Source: Cyanobacteria bacterium P01_A01_bin.123
Lineage (GTDB): Bacteria; Cyanobacteriota; Cyanobacteriia; Phormidesmidales; Phormidesmidaceae
Assembly: GCA_039815185.1 (NCBI GenBank)
Contig: JBCBZT010000007.1
Span: 1 to 64,000 of the forward strand
Length of the DNA stretch: 64,000 nucleotides
Reading direction: 5' to 3'
The position numbers and the translations under genes were made by a program. Below are positions 1-11,421 of the stretch, piece after piece; positions within the stretch are counted from its first letter, which is position 1, and each line of letters begins with the position of its first letter. The notes under the pieces are model-generated. The model had not been told where the DNA came from, did not search any database, and saw only the letters and a list, made by a program, of their open reading frames with translations.

Positions 1-468
1 CTACCTCGCACCTTTCACCCGAGATGGCTTCACTGGTGAGTCATTAGAACGAGGCGACGTAGATTCCACCTGTACGAGATGGGGGGAAAGTGGAGAGATT
101 GCTGTCCGGGTCATTGTCCACCAGCCACCAGAACGTCACGTTCCGATTGCGTTCCAAAATTCAAAGGGAAGACGTCAGAACCGTAGCAGCTGGGATTTGC
201 CGCCCATAAGTATGCCTCTTGTACGGTTACCTGGTGCTGACTTTCTTGTGTGGCGAGGTGTGTCAGCGGCGGTGCTCTTGGTGCGTCAGGTCGCTGGAAT
301 CTCCGGCGCAGTCGTTGCTCGCCATTGGATCAGTCTTCGCTGACTCTCTTCTCGTTTCGATCCTTCCCCGTTTTTTCCTCGGTTCCGCCGACAAAACACG
401 ACGTCTCCCTGTCCGTGAATCAGGCGCAGAAGATGGACGGCCTGAAGATGACCGACACGTTCTACGTG
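1..468. other. Non-psbA segment fused to psbA codon 247; origin unknown
   Basis: No D1 C-terminal sequence and no HIP1. On the + strand a pyrimidine tract and CAG (421-423) are followed by 15 codons that all end in G or C. Confidence 0.6.
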
Positions 469-1209
469 GTTGTAGGTTTCTTCTTCTTGACCGAACTTGT
501 AACCGTAGTTCTGAGACTCAGTCTCGGTGGTCTCACGCACCAACGAGGAGGTCACCAAGGAACCGTGCATCGCACTGAACAAAGAACCACCGAACACAGC
601 TGCCACACCCAACATGTGGAAGGGGTGCATCAAGATGTTGTGCTCAGCTTGGAACACGAACATGAAGTTGAAGGTACCCGAGATTCCCAAGGGCATGCCG
701 TCGGAGAAGGAACCTTGACCCAAGGGGTAGATCAAGAACACAGCGGTCGCAGCAGACAGCGGTGCAGAATAGGCAACACAGATCCAAGGACGCATTCCCA
801 AACGGTAGGACAGCTCCCACTGACGACCCATGTAAGCAAAAATGCCGATGAGGAAATGGAAGATGACGAACTGGTAAGGACCACCGTTGTACAACCACTC
901 ATCGAGGGAAGCCGCTTCCCAGATGGGGTAGAAGTGCAGACCGATGGCGTTGGAGGAAGGTACGACTGCACCGGAGATGATGTTGTTGCCGTACATCAAG
1001 GAACCGGCAACGGGCTCACGGATACCGTCAATGTCAACGGGAGGAGCAGCGATGAAGGCGATCACGAAGCAAGTGGTCGCAGTTAGCAGCGTGGGGATCA
1101 TCAGTACGCCGAACCAGCCTACATAAAGGCGGTTGTCAGTGGAGGTAATCCAGCGGCAGAACTGCTCCCATGCGCCGACACTTTCGCGTCTTTCTAGCGT
1201 AGAAGTCAT
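469..1209 (-). CDS. psbA: Photosystem II D1 protein, residues 1-247 only; 3' end missing and replaced by unrelated sequence
   Basis: [10 protein letters not shown]...[20 protein letters not shown]...[12 protein letters not shown]...QEEETYN, then diverges from the canonical IVAAHGYFGRL. Gln130 (GRQWELS) indicates the D1:1-like form. Confidence 0.97.
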
Positions 1210-1373
1210 AGTGATGATTGCCAATTTATAAATGGACAACAAAAATCCGTAGGCATATTACTCACTGAGTACAATTGCCCACGTAAATCTAGACTAAAGA
1301 GTCCGCTTGAGAATTTGAATACATCGCACAAGAATCTTCGAATTGCGCAACATTTCGTATTAATCTGGTGTGT

Positions 1374-1757
<384 letters not shown>

Positions 1758-1885
1758 TTATTCTAAATCACGATCTGAGACAGGCTTTGAATTGTCCAAG
1801 AACACAGTGGACACGTTGTCCCAAATCGTTCCCCCCGATTGACAACACCCAAACCTAAAACCCTATGGCACAATGATCGGGTTAG

Positions 1886-3553
<1,668 letters not shown>

Positions 3554-3564
3554 GTGAAAATAGT

Positions 3565-3594
3565 GAGTGCAGACCGCGATCGCAGTCTGCACTC
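3565..3594. terminator. HIP1-centred hairpin between convergent genes; possible bidirectional terminator
   Basis: GAGTGCAGAC-c-GCGATCGC-a-GTCTGCACTC, 11 nt after the pyrG stop. Confidence 0.5.
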
Positions 3595-3635
3595 GTACCA
3601 AAGTTCCACACCTCTGGAAGTTCAAATGGGCCTTT

Positions 3636-4232
3636 TCAGACTGCAAACTCCATAGCACGTTGATGAATTGCCATCAAATTTTCAGTCAGATTGGCGCGTA
3701 TGTGTTGTTCAATTAACCCGACTGGCATCGCTAGCGGAGGTTTGACGATTAGTTCATAGGAGAGCTGGGTGTTGAGATTTTCGCCTTCCCCAACAGGCGC
3801 TAAACGCCAGCAGCCTTCAAACAGCTTGAAATCGCCCTCTACCATGGCAAAGCCCAACTCATGGGGAAAACGCTCATACATATCAAGCACAACCCGAGCA
3901 CAAAACTGAATATTCAGAAAACACTGTGCTCCGATCTGCTCTAGCCGGATGCCGCCCTCGGGGTGATGAATCCGTTCACTTTTGGTCAAATTTGGGATAA
4001 AGCTAGCGAGCGCCTCATAATCGGTCAAAATTTGCCAAACCGCTTCTAACCGCTGGGGAATCTGAATCATGGCAACAATACGCCGTTGTCGCCCCCCTAG
4101 CTTTTCACTGCTCAGGGCAACCAAACCTTTATCCTTGTCAGCCGCGTCAACCGCAGAAAAGCCTGGAGACTCTACGGACATCGGTAGCTCAAGGTTGGGA
4201 GACGAATTCAGTTGAAAATGATCCTGAGTCAT
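3636..4232 (-). CDS. SRPBCC / polyketide cyclase-dehydrase family protein
   Basis: VWQILTDYEALASFIPNL, RLEQIG, FAMVEGDFKLFEGCW. Confidence 0.9.
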   Translation of the reverse strand: MTQDHFQLNSSPNLELPMSVESPGFSAVDAADKDKGLVALSSEKLGGRQRRIVAMIQIPQRLEAVWQILTDYEALASFIPNLTKSERIHHPEGGIRLEQIGAQCFLNIQFCARVVLDMYERFPHELGFAMVEGDFKLFEGCWRLAPVGEGENLNTQLSYELIVKPPLAMPVGLIEQHIRANLTENLMAIHQRAMEFAV

Positions 4233-4415
4233 GGGTTTGCGTTTTCTTAGGCGCTAGGGAAATGGAGAGATGCCTTTTTTTCCAACCTCAACAATAAGTA
4301 TATCGACTTACGTCCGGCTTTTAGGTGCATCTAAAATCAAGCTTCAATAAAAGTGCTTCAAGTGGGTTTGATATTGACTTCAATGCATTTGTCAGTCTTT
4401 ACTGACAGACTGGTG

Positions 4416-5933
4416 CTAACCCTCTGCTAACGGTAGGATGCCCTGCTGACGCAGGGGTATCAACAAAACAAATTGGGTTAGCCAAGTCCCGGATTGATCC
4501 ACAGGCTGGCTGTTAACCGTAATCGTACTGTTGAGACTGGTCACAAGAGCTTTGACTAACGCTAACCCCAATCCTGTTCCTTGAATTGCCTGCTGCGTAG
4601 CATCGCGGCCCCGACGGAACTTATCAAAAATAAAGGGAATTTCTTCAGGCAAAATGCCTGTCCCCCAATTACTCACCATAATCTTCAAAGCAGACGACAT
4701 TGGCTTATCGACCTCGACAGTCAAATCAACTGTGGAACCCGATTGAGCATATTTCCGGGCATTGATCAGCAACTCATTCAAAATTTGCCATAGGCTATCC
4801 GGATCGGTTTGAAGCGGTGGGATCTGTTGAGGAAGCGTCAGCTGCAAGGATAAGCTAGCTTTTTGAAAATAGGGCTGATGATCCGCCAACAAACCTTCTA
4901 ACACCGCTTTGGGCTGTACCCAATCCACCTGGGTGGATAACTCATTGGCTTCTAACTGTCTCAATTTGAGCAGATCATTAATCAAAGCAATTTCTCGATT
5001 ACACTGCTGCTCCAAAATATCGAGATAGGCGAGGTGACGCTCTGGCGTAATATCTGTTCTACGCAGCATCCGAATTGCCAGGGTCATACTCGTCAATGGC
5101 GTTCGCAATTCGTGGCTGGTGGTGTTGAGGAAGTCGTCCTTAAGCTGATTGACATAGCGCAACTGGGCCACTTGTTTTTGAGTCTGGGCCTGTAGCCGTC
5201 GCTGCTGCCCTAGACTGTGCTGCAATTGCTGATCGCGCTGTTCTAAAGCTGTTTGCAGGTTATCCAGTTGAATACCCTGATAGTATTGCCGCAGTGCAAT
5301 CGCTAAAGTCGGTAAAGCACTACCGAGCTGATCGATCAAATCACCGTTACAAGGACAAGCCACATCCCAAGTTAATACCAACCAACCGCCAAGCTGACTG
5401 GATAGAGCTAGGGGCAAGATTAAGCATGTCTCAACAGTTGCAACTGATACCGGGCCTATTAGTTCATTCAAAAAATTTTGCTGAAGCGTATCCAAATGGT
5501 CACTGACAGCTTGAGACTGGGTTCGAGTCAGCCAAAGCGCGACAGTTGACGCTAAGCCTTTCAAACAATTATCTAATTGACCATAAAGAGACGGAGAGGT
5601 GATTTGGACACCCCACTTATTGTCATTAACCGTGCTGACGGTAACCGCTTTATAGTTGGCACTGCAATTGATTAAGCCCGTAAAGTCGGCACCGCTATAG
5701 TGCCTCAAATATTCAACCAGCTTGCCAAGGGCAACTTGAGCGTCATTATTCTGCGCCAAAATAGCCGATAGAGCCTGAGGCAGTTGAGTAGACATCGGAC
5801 TATGCTCTTGTAGACTTGTGACTTGATGTTGTAAACCAGCAAGAGCTAGACAATCTGGCGCGACTTGCCAAACCGATCGTTTGTGGTGCAACCCTTGAAC
5901 ATCCATACTGGAATCCGTAAGCAATACGACCAA
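4416..5933 (-). CDS. GAF-like sensor histidine kinase (start may be ATG 5906)
   Basis: H-box SHELRTPLTS, N-box ELLINARKY, F-box IFDKFRRG, G2 GTGLGLAL. Confidence 0.92.
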   Translation of the reverse strand: MVVLLTDSSMDVQGLHHKRSVWQVAPDCLALAGLQHQVTSLQEHSPMSTQLPQALSAILAQNNDAQVALGKLVEYLRHYSGADFTGLINCSANYKAVTVSTVNDNKWGVQITSPSLYGQLDNCLKGLASTVALWLTRTQSQAVSDHLDTLQQNFLNELIGPVSVATVETCLILPLALSSQLGGWLVLTWDVACPCNGDLIDQLGSALPTLAIALRQYYQGIQLDNLQTALEQRDQQLQHSLGQQRRLQAQTQKQVAQLRYVNQLKDDFLNTTSHELRTPLTSMTLAIRMLRRTDITPERHLAYLDILEQQCNREIALINDLLKLRQLEANELSTQVDWVQPKAVLEGLLADHQPYFQKASLSLQLTLPQQIPPLQTDPDSLWQILNELLINARKYAQSGSTVDLTVEVDKPMSSALKIMVSNWGTGILPEEIPFIFDKFRRGRDATQQAIQGTGLGLALVKALVTSLNSTITVNSQPVDQSGTWLTQFVLLIPLRQQGILPLAEG

Positions 5934-5976
5934 TTTGCCGAGTTAGTTACAGATTAACTCGGTGAAATCAGGAGCT

Positions 5977-5990
5977 GTATCCGTGAATAC
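5977..5990. promoter_or_regulatory. Candidate NtcA-type site (GTA-N8-TAC) in the divergent kinase/HerA promoter region
   Basis: GTA-TCCGTGAA-TAC, with TAATCT about 20 nt downstream on the minus strand. Confidence 0.3.
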
Positions 5991-6159
5991 GCCAGACTTT
6001 CATCGATTGAGCTTCGATAGTTCAAAAGAACTGCTATAACCATTACAGAGAGGATGAACTAGGCTCAGATCAAAACACCTCTCACCGTCACTCGGTAGGG
6101 GTCAGTATCTAATTTTGAGCAGGGAAAGCTCGGTGGGGCAAGAATTCACAACAAACACC

Positions 6160-7842
6160 ATGGAAATAAAAGCACTGTCTACGGTCATTGGCACCGTCAA
6201 AGGCCCTGGCGAAGACGGCAATCAGTATGTATTCATTACAGCGAACAATCGCCAGGTGAAAATTGGGGAGTTTGTTTACTACGATGCGATCGCCCCTGAT
6301 ACCCCCACCCAAACGCTTCAAATTTTGGGCAAAATTTCAGCTCGACGCCTGATTGACCATTTGCCCGACCGCATTTTCGCCGATACTCAGATTAGCCCAG
6401 ACACCATCGCCGCCCTAGTGGGGTTTGCCTACCCAAACCCTGAAATTTACGAAGTCACCGTTGATGTCATTGGCTATTTCCATCAGGCCTTGGGCTTTAT
6501 TAATCCTCGTATCACGCCAGATCCCGGTGCCAAGGTGTTTCTAGCCGATGACGCCACCCTGCGCCAGGTCATCAACAAAAAATCCCCAGGGTCAGTCGGT
6601 GCCGCCCATGTTGGATCTTTGCTGCTACGTCCTGGAGATGCAGTACCGATAGCCCTCGATGTCAAAGCCCTGGTGAGTACCCATATGGCTATTTTGGCCG
6701 GTACCGGTTCAGGCAAGTCTTACACTGCGGGGGTATTGATTGAGGAGTTATTGAGCCCCTACAACCGAGCAGCAGTTCTGATTTTTGATCCCCATGGGGA
6801 ATACGGCACGTTGTCCGACATGCGAGGCCATTCAGCCTTTACCCACAAAGATGGATACAGTCCTGAAATCAAGGTGATGACGCCTGGTGATATTCGCATC
6901 CGGATGTCGTCATTAGACTATTACGATGTGCTGACGCTGCTGCCAGATATGAGCGATCGTCAACAGGCCATTCTCAACAAAGCCTTTGGTATCTTACGCA
7001 AACACCGCAAGGGCGATTATCGCTGGGACGCCCAAGACCTGATTTCAGCAGTTTACGAAGCCGATCAAAGCGAAGACGATGAAGGCAACTTAAAAACCGG
7101 ATCGTCAGCGCCAGCGATTGAGTGGAAGCTAGAAAAGCTCAGCCGCTCTGATTATTTTCACCGAGTCGATCACCTTGCGCCCAAAGATTTGTTTGAGCCG
7201 GGGCAGGCAACGGTGCTGCAAATGAATGAAATTAGTCAAGAAGAACAGCAGGTGATCTGTGCAGCTGTCTTGAGGCAGTGCTATCAAGCCCGGATTAATA
7301 CAGAACGCGATCGCATCTCTAGCGACGATGAAAACTATTTACCCTACCCCGTATTTATTTTGGTGGAAGAAGCCCACCGCTTTGCCCCTGCCAATGAACC
7401 TTCTCGCTGTAAACAAATTTTGCGCACCATTTTGAGCGAAGGTCGTAAGTTCGGCATGGGGGTCGGGCTGATTACCCAGCGTCCAGGCAAGCTCGATTCC
7501 GACGTACTGTCTCAGTGCATGAGCCAGTTTTTGATGCGAATTGTCAATCCAGTAGATCAAGAAAGCTTGAAATACGGCGTCGAAGCTGCGGGACGAGATT
7601 TACTGAAGGAGCTGCCTGCCTTAACCAAGGGCCAAGTGATTATTTCCGGTGCCTGCGTCAATACCCCAGTGCTGTGCCAGGTTCGGCAACGGCTAACCCA
7701 GCACGGCGGTGAAACCATGGACGCACCCCTGGCTTGGCAAGAACATTTTCAAAGCCATCGCCAGCGATCGCGGCAAATCACCAACGCCTCAGTGGCCCGC
7801 CCCAGCCTTGCAGAAACCTTTGACGGCATCAGTATCGAATAG
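6160..7842 (+). CDS. HerA/FtsK-family ATPase (HAS barrel plus DUF87)
   Basis: Walker A AGTGSGKS, IFDPHGEY, Walker B ILVEEAH, EGRKFG, TQRP; N-terminal beta-rich HAS-like region. Confidence 0.92.
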   Translation: MEIKALSTVIGTVKGPGEDGNQYVFITANNRQVKIGEFVYYDAIAPDTPTQTLQILGKISARRLIDHLPDRIFADTQISPDTIAALVGFAYPNPEIYEVTVDVIGYFHQALGFINPRITPDPGAKVFLADDATLRQVINKKSPGSVGAAHVGSLLLRPGDAVPIALDVKALVSTHMAILAGTGSGKSYTAGVLIEELLSPYNRAAVLIFDPHGEYGTLSDMRGHSAFTHKDGYSPEIKVMTPGDIRIRMSSLDYYDVLTLLPDMSDRQQAILNKAFGILRKHRKGDYRWDAQDLISAVYEADQSEDDEGNLKTGSSAPAIEWKLEKLSRSDYFHRVDHLAPKDLFEPGQATVLQMNEISQEEQQVICAAVLRQCYQARINTERDRISSDDENYLPYPVFILVEEAHRFAPANEPSRCKQILRTILSEGRKFGMGVGLITQRPGKLDSDVLSQCMSQFLMRIVNPVDQESLKYGVEAAGRDLLKELPALTKGQVIISGACVNTPVLCQVRQRLTQHGGETMDAPLAWQEHFQSHRQRSRQITNASVARPSLAETFDGISIE

Positions 7843-7848
7843 GGCACT

Positions 7849-8808
7849 ATGGCTCAAACGTCTAAACTTTTGACCAAGCTCAGCCGCCGTTTGTTTGAAC
7901 ATCCTGAGCAGCAAACGACTTTCATCAACGCATTAACCACACCACCGCCGTTTGCCCCCACAATTCTTTGGACTAAATCCCGTCCTGATCCCTACCCCTT
8001 CGAGCGCCTTGAACGTCTGCCTTGGCAACCCACCCCAGTTGATCGGTTAGCCCCCACAACTCAACTCGGCAAACATCCACTCCACAACACTGGATATTTT
8101 TACTGTCTCGATTTTTCCTCAGTATTTGCGGCTTCAGTTGTTCAAGCAATCGCTCAACCGATCTCAACGGTATTGGATCTATGTGCCGCGCCAGGGGGCA
8201 AAAGTTTGCTGGTCTGGCAGTTGCTCCAACCCCAACTGCTGTTGAGTAATGAGGTGATTCGCAAACGACTACGGATTTTAATCGCCAACTTGAAACGATG
8301 TGGGGCAACGGATGCGATCGCTCTCAATCTCGATCCAAAGCTGATTGCAGCTGCGATCCCTGAAACGGCAGATCTCGTCTTAGTCGATGCCCCATGCAGT
8401 GGTCAATCCCTACTGGCTAAAGGCGATAAAGCCCCTGGCTGTTTTCACCCGGTCAGCATCAATCAAAACGCCAATCGGCAAAAGCGGATTCTGGCAGAAG
8501 CGACTCACACTGTCGCCCCTGGCGGCTACCTGGCCTATATGACCTGTACCTATGCCCCGGAGGAAAATGAAAAGGTTTGCCGTTGGCTGCGCGATCGCTT
8601 TCCGCAGCTTCAACCCATTTCGGTTCCTCACCTGAGCGCATTTCAGTCACCATTGACAGAAATGCCCTGCTATCGGCTTTGGCCGCAGTCGGGGTTAGGC
8701 GCAGGGGCATTTACCTGTCTATTTCAGGATCAGTCTCCCCCCGTTACAGTCACACCAATGAGTCCTGACTTTATTGAACGCTATGGCTTCAGGATTTATC
8801 CCGCGTAA
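7849..8808 (+). CDS. RsmB/NOP-family RNA m5C methyltransferase (short, catalytic core)
   Basis: DLCAAPGGKS, DAPCSG, YMTCT...EENE. Confidence 0.92.
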   Translation: MAQTSKLLTKLSRRLFEHPEQQTTFINALTTPPPFAPTILWTKSRPDPYPFERLERLPWQPTPVDRLAPTTQLGKHPLHNTGYFYCLDFSSVFAASVVQAIAQPISTVLDLCAAPGGKSLLVWQLLQPQLLLSNEVIRKRLRILIANLKRCGATDAIALNLDPKLIAAAIPETADLVLVDAPCSGQSLLAKGDKAPGCFHPVSINQNANRQKRILAEATHTVAPGGYLAYMTCTYAPEENEKVCRWLRDRFPQLQPISVPHLSAFQSPLTEMPCYRLWPQSGLGAGAFTCLFQDQSPPVTVTPMSPDFIERYGFRIYPA

Positions 8809-8819
8809 ATTGAGGGGAC

Positions 8820-9635
8820 ATGACACCTGAATGGACCCTCCAACAAGTCGAAAGCATAAGCCATCTGAGGGTAGTTGGATCTTTGGGCCAAGGCGGCATG
8901 GGTAACGTGTTTAAGGCAATAGACCAGAATGGTTACCATCTCGCAGTCAAGATCTTTCATCCTGACGTGGTTGCCGCGATCGCTGACAACGAAGATATCT
9001 TTGCTGACTTTCAAACAGCCGCTCAAGTCCAACATCCTCGTCTCTGCCAGTTGAAAGACTTTTACCGCGACGACCCAATCACTTTCGTCACGATGGAATA
9101 TGTCCACGGCAAGTCTCTGCGAGCGATCCTCAAACAAAAACGGCAGACTCCGGTCAAGGGGGGATTACAGATAGCGCTAGACACCATCAGGGGGATTGCT
9201 GCACTTCACAACGTCGGACTGACCCATGGCGATATACGTCCGGTCAATATCCTCGTCTTAGCGAAGCGGAGCATAAAGCTAATTGACTATGGCATACGAT
9301 ATCCAGCAGCGCTGTGCACTTCCAAGGCCCCCAAGACCAAAACATATACGGGCTATATGGCCCCTGAGGTCTGGTTTGGTTCAGCCCCGACTCAATCTAG
9401 TGATGTCTACGACCTAGGCATACTCGTTTATCACCTGCTGACAGGTCATAAACCGAGAAAAGACCCAAACCAAAGCAACATTGCACCAATGAGGGGCTTT
9501 TCAAAGACAGTCCCGCTAAAACTTGAAGCATTAGTCCTTAAGGCACTGGCATTGAAGCCACAAGGTCGACCCGCTTCGGCACTTGAAATGCTGCTGTGTT
9601 TGGAAAGCACATCAGATTTGAGTGGCTTCGATTGA
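8820..9635 (+). CDS. Hanks-type Ser/Thr protein kinase, catalytic domain only
   Basis: GQGGMG, LAVK, HGDIRPVNIL, DYG, YMAPE, SDVYDLG. Confidence 0.9.
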   Translation: MTPEWTLQQVESISHLRVVGSLGQGGMGNVFKAIDQNGYHLAVKIFHPDVVAAIADNEDIFADFQTAAQVQHPRLCQLKDFYRDDPITFVTMEYVHGKSLRAILKQKRQTPVKGGLQIALDTIRGIAALHNVGLTHGDIRPVNILVLAKRSIKLIDYGIRYPAALCTSKAPKTKTYTGYMAPEVWFGSAPTQSSDVYDLGILVYHLLTGHKPRKDPNQSNIAPMRGFSKTVPLKLEALVLKALALKPQGRPASALEMLLCLESTSDLSGFD

Positions 9636-9748
9636 TCTGTTCTTCAGACACACCCAAATAAAAAGCCACCGCAATGCGATGACCTTGAATGCGTAAATTG
9701 AAAATCGAACATCGACAGCTAAACAGGTCGTCGCGATCGCGCCGTAAA

Positions 9749-10138
9749 CTAAGCCAAAGTCTCGGGACAGTATCCCAAACCAGTGACAAACTGATCGCGA
9801 AAGGCTTCAATTTCGTCGCGGTCTGGGCAACCGTGGGAAACCACAGCTACTTGATAGCGACGCATCACATCAACCGGGGCTTGGCCCGTTTCTAATCCCC
9901 AAAGTGCCATGCGAACGCGAATTCCCGGTTCATAGGGAATGCCTAATTCATCGCAAAAGGCGCGAAAGTCTTCACCATCTTCTTCACGAACAAAATCGCT
10001 AAGCCTAACTTTGACGACCCATCCATCAATCTGATGAATCACCGTCATGAAATCCAAGGGTAACTTTAAGGCTGAGTGCAAACGCTCGACCACACGGATG
10101 GTGAGGCTGGCATTGGCGAGGTAATAAAGATATTCCAT
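9749..10138 (-). CDS. Cyanobacterial hypothetical protein
   Basis: 129-aa ORF MEYLYYLANASLT...GLGYCPETLA, recalled as a conserved cyanobacterial family. Confidence 0.8.
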   Translation of the reverse strand: MEYLYYLANASLTIRVVERLHSALKLPLDFMTVIHQIDGWVVKVRLSDFVREEDGEDFRAFCDELGIPYEPGIRVRMALWGLETGQAPVDVMRRYQVAVVSHGCPDRDEIEAFRDQFVTGLGYCPETLA

Positions 10139-10299
10139 CGTCCGTTAGTTATCCGGTGGGTGCTACATTTCCAATTGTCCTTGGAACACCCAATTCCCAA
10201 CAGGGGAAAAGCACCCGGTGTTTCTAAGGGGTTCCCCCCAATCATGAGCCACAATAGGGCGATCCCCCATCATGTTTTCCTCTTTTGACTCTATCTCCC

Positions 10300-11412
10300 A
10301 TGGCCCACGACCACACCTTGCCGGATTCACCACCAACCTCAGGCAGCGTAGACTTTCAGCGCACAGCCTACAACTATGAACTCCCCCCTAATCAAATTGC
10401 TCAAAATCCAATCGTCCCTAGGGATAGGGCTCGACTCATGGTGGTCAATCCTGGACAAGGCTGCCAACACCATATTTTTCGAGATCTACCCAACTTACTC
10501 AAACCTGGAGATTTACTCGTCCTTAACAACACACGCGTTTTGCCAGCTCGGCTCTATGGCCGCAAACCCGAGGGTGCACAAGTCGAGATTTTGCTGCTAG
10601 AAGAACAGCGATCGCAGGTGTGGTCAGCTCTCGTCAAACCCGGTCGTCGCCTCAAACCCGGTACCAGAATTCACTTCGGTGGCAGCGCTGAAGCCCCGGC
10701 CCTGATTGCCCAAGTCCTAGAAACGGATGACATCACCAACGGTCGGATTTTGCACTTTGAGATTCCCAGTGGAGAACCCTTTGACCAAATACTCGAGCAG
10801 TTAGGAACCGTTCCGCTACCGCCCTACATTCACCAAACTCAGGCTGAAGCCGACCAATATCAAACCATCTACGCCACTCAACCCGGCGCAGTAGCAGCCC
10901 CCACGGCGGGGCTCCACTTCACCCCAGGGTTATTCGAAAAACTCGACGCGGCCCAGATCAATCGCGCCTTTATCACCTTGCATGTCGGGGTAGGCACCTT
11001 TCGACCCGTGGAAGCCCAAACAATTACTGAGCATAAAATGCACGGTGAATGGCTAGTCGTCCCCCAGGCAACTGTTGACCAAATCAACCAGACGAAAGCC
11101 CAAGGCGGACGAGTCATCGCAGTCGGTACGACCGTGACGCGAGCCTTAGAAGGCGCAGCACAATCAGGTCAGCTGAAGCCCATGCGGGGCAAAACAGACT
11201 TATTTATCTATCCCGGTTATCAATGGCAGGTCGTTGACGGCTTAATCACCAATTTTCACTTACCCGAATCGAGCTTACTCATGTTGGTGAGTGCCCTGAT
11301 CGGACGACAGCGGCTGATGGATTTATATCAAAGCGCGATCGCAGCAGATTATCGCTTCTATTCTTTCGGCGACGCCATGTTGATTCCCCCTGAAGCCCAT
11401 CTGCCGACCTAA
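10300..11412 (+). CDS. queA: S-adenosylmethionine:tRNA ribosyltransferase-isomerase
   Basis: GAVAAPTAGLHF, TLHVGVGTF, AVGTT, TNFHLPES, YRFYSFGDAM. Confidence 0.98.
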   Translation: MAHDHTLPDSPPTSGSVDFQRTAYNYELPPNQIAQNPIVPRDRARLMVVNPGQGCQHHIFRDLPNLLKPGDLLVLNNTRVLPARLYGRKPEGAQVEILLLEEQRSQVWSALVKPGRRLKPGTRIHFGGSAEAPALIAQVLETDDITNGRILHFEIPSGEPFDQILEQLGTVPLPPYIHQTQAEADQYQTIYATQPGAVAAPTAGLHFTPGLFEKLDAAQINRAFITLHVGVGTFRPVEAQTITEHKMHGEWLVVPQATVDQINQTKAQGGRVIAVGTTVTRALEGAAQSGQLKPMRGKTDLFIYPGYQWQVVDGLITNFHLPESSLLMLVSALIGRQRLMDLYQSAIAADYRFYSFGDAMLIPPEAHLPT

Positions 11413-11421
11413 ATCGTTGTC

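Noticed and set aside
1..468. Self-splicing intron in psbA
   Set aside because: The insert starts CACGTAG, not the group II GTGYG. The upstream exon ends in C rather than the U expected for group I. No recognisable core elements or intron ORF.
250..1086. 278-aa + strand ORF
   Set aside because: Mostly the antisense shadow of psbA.
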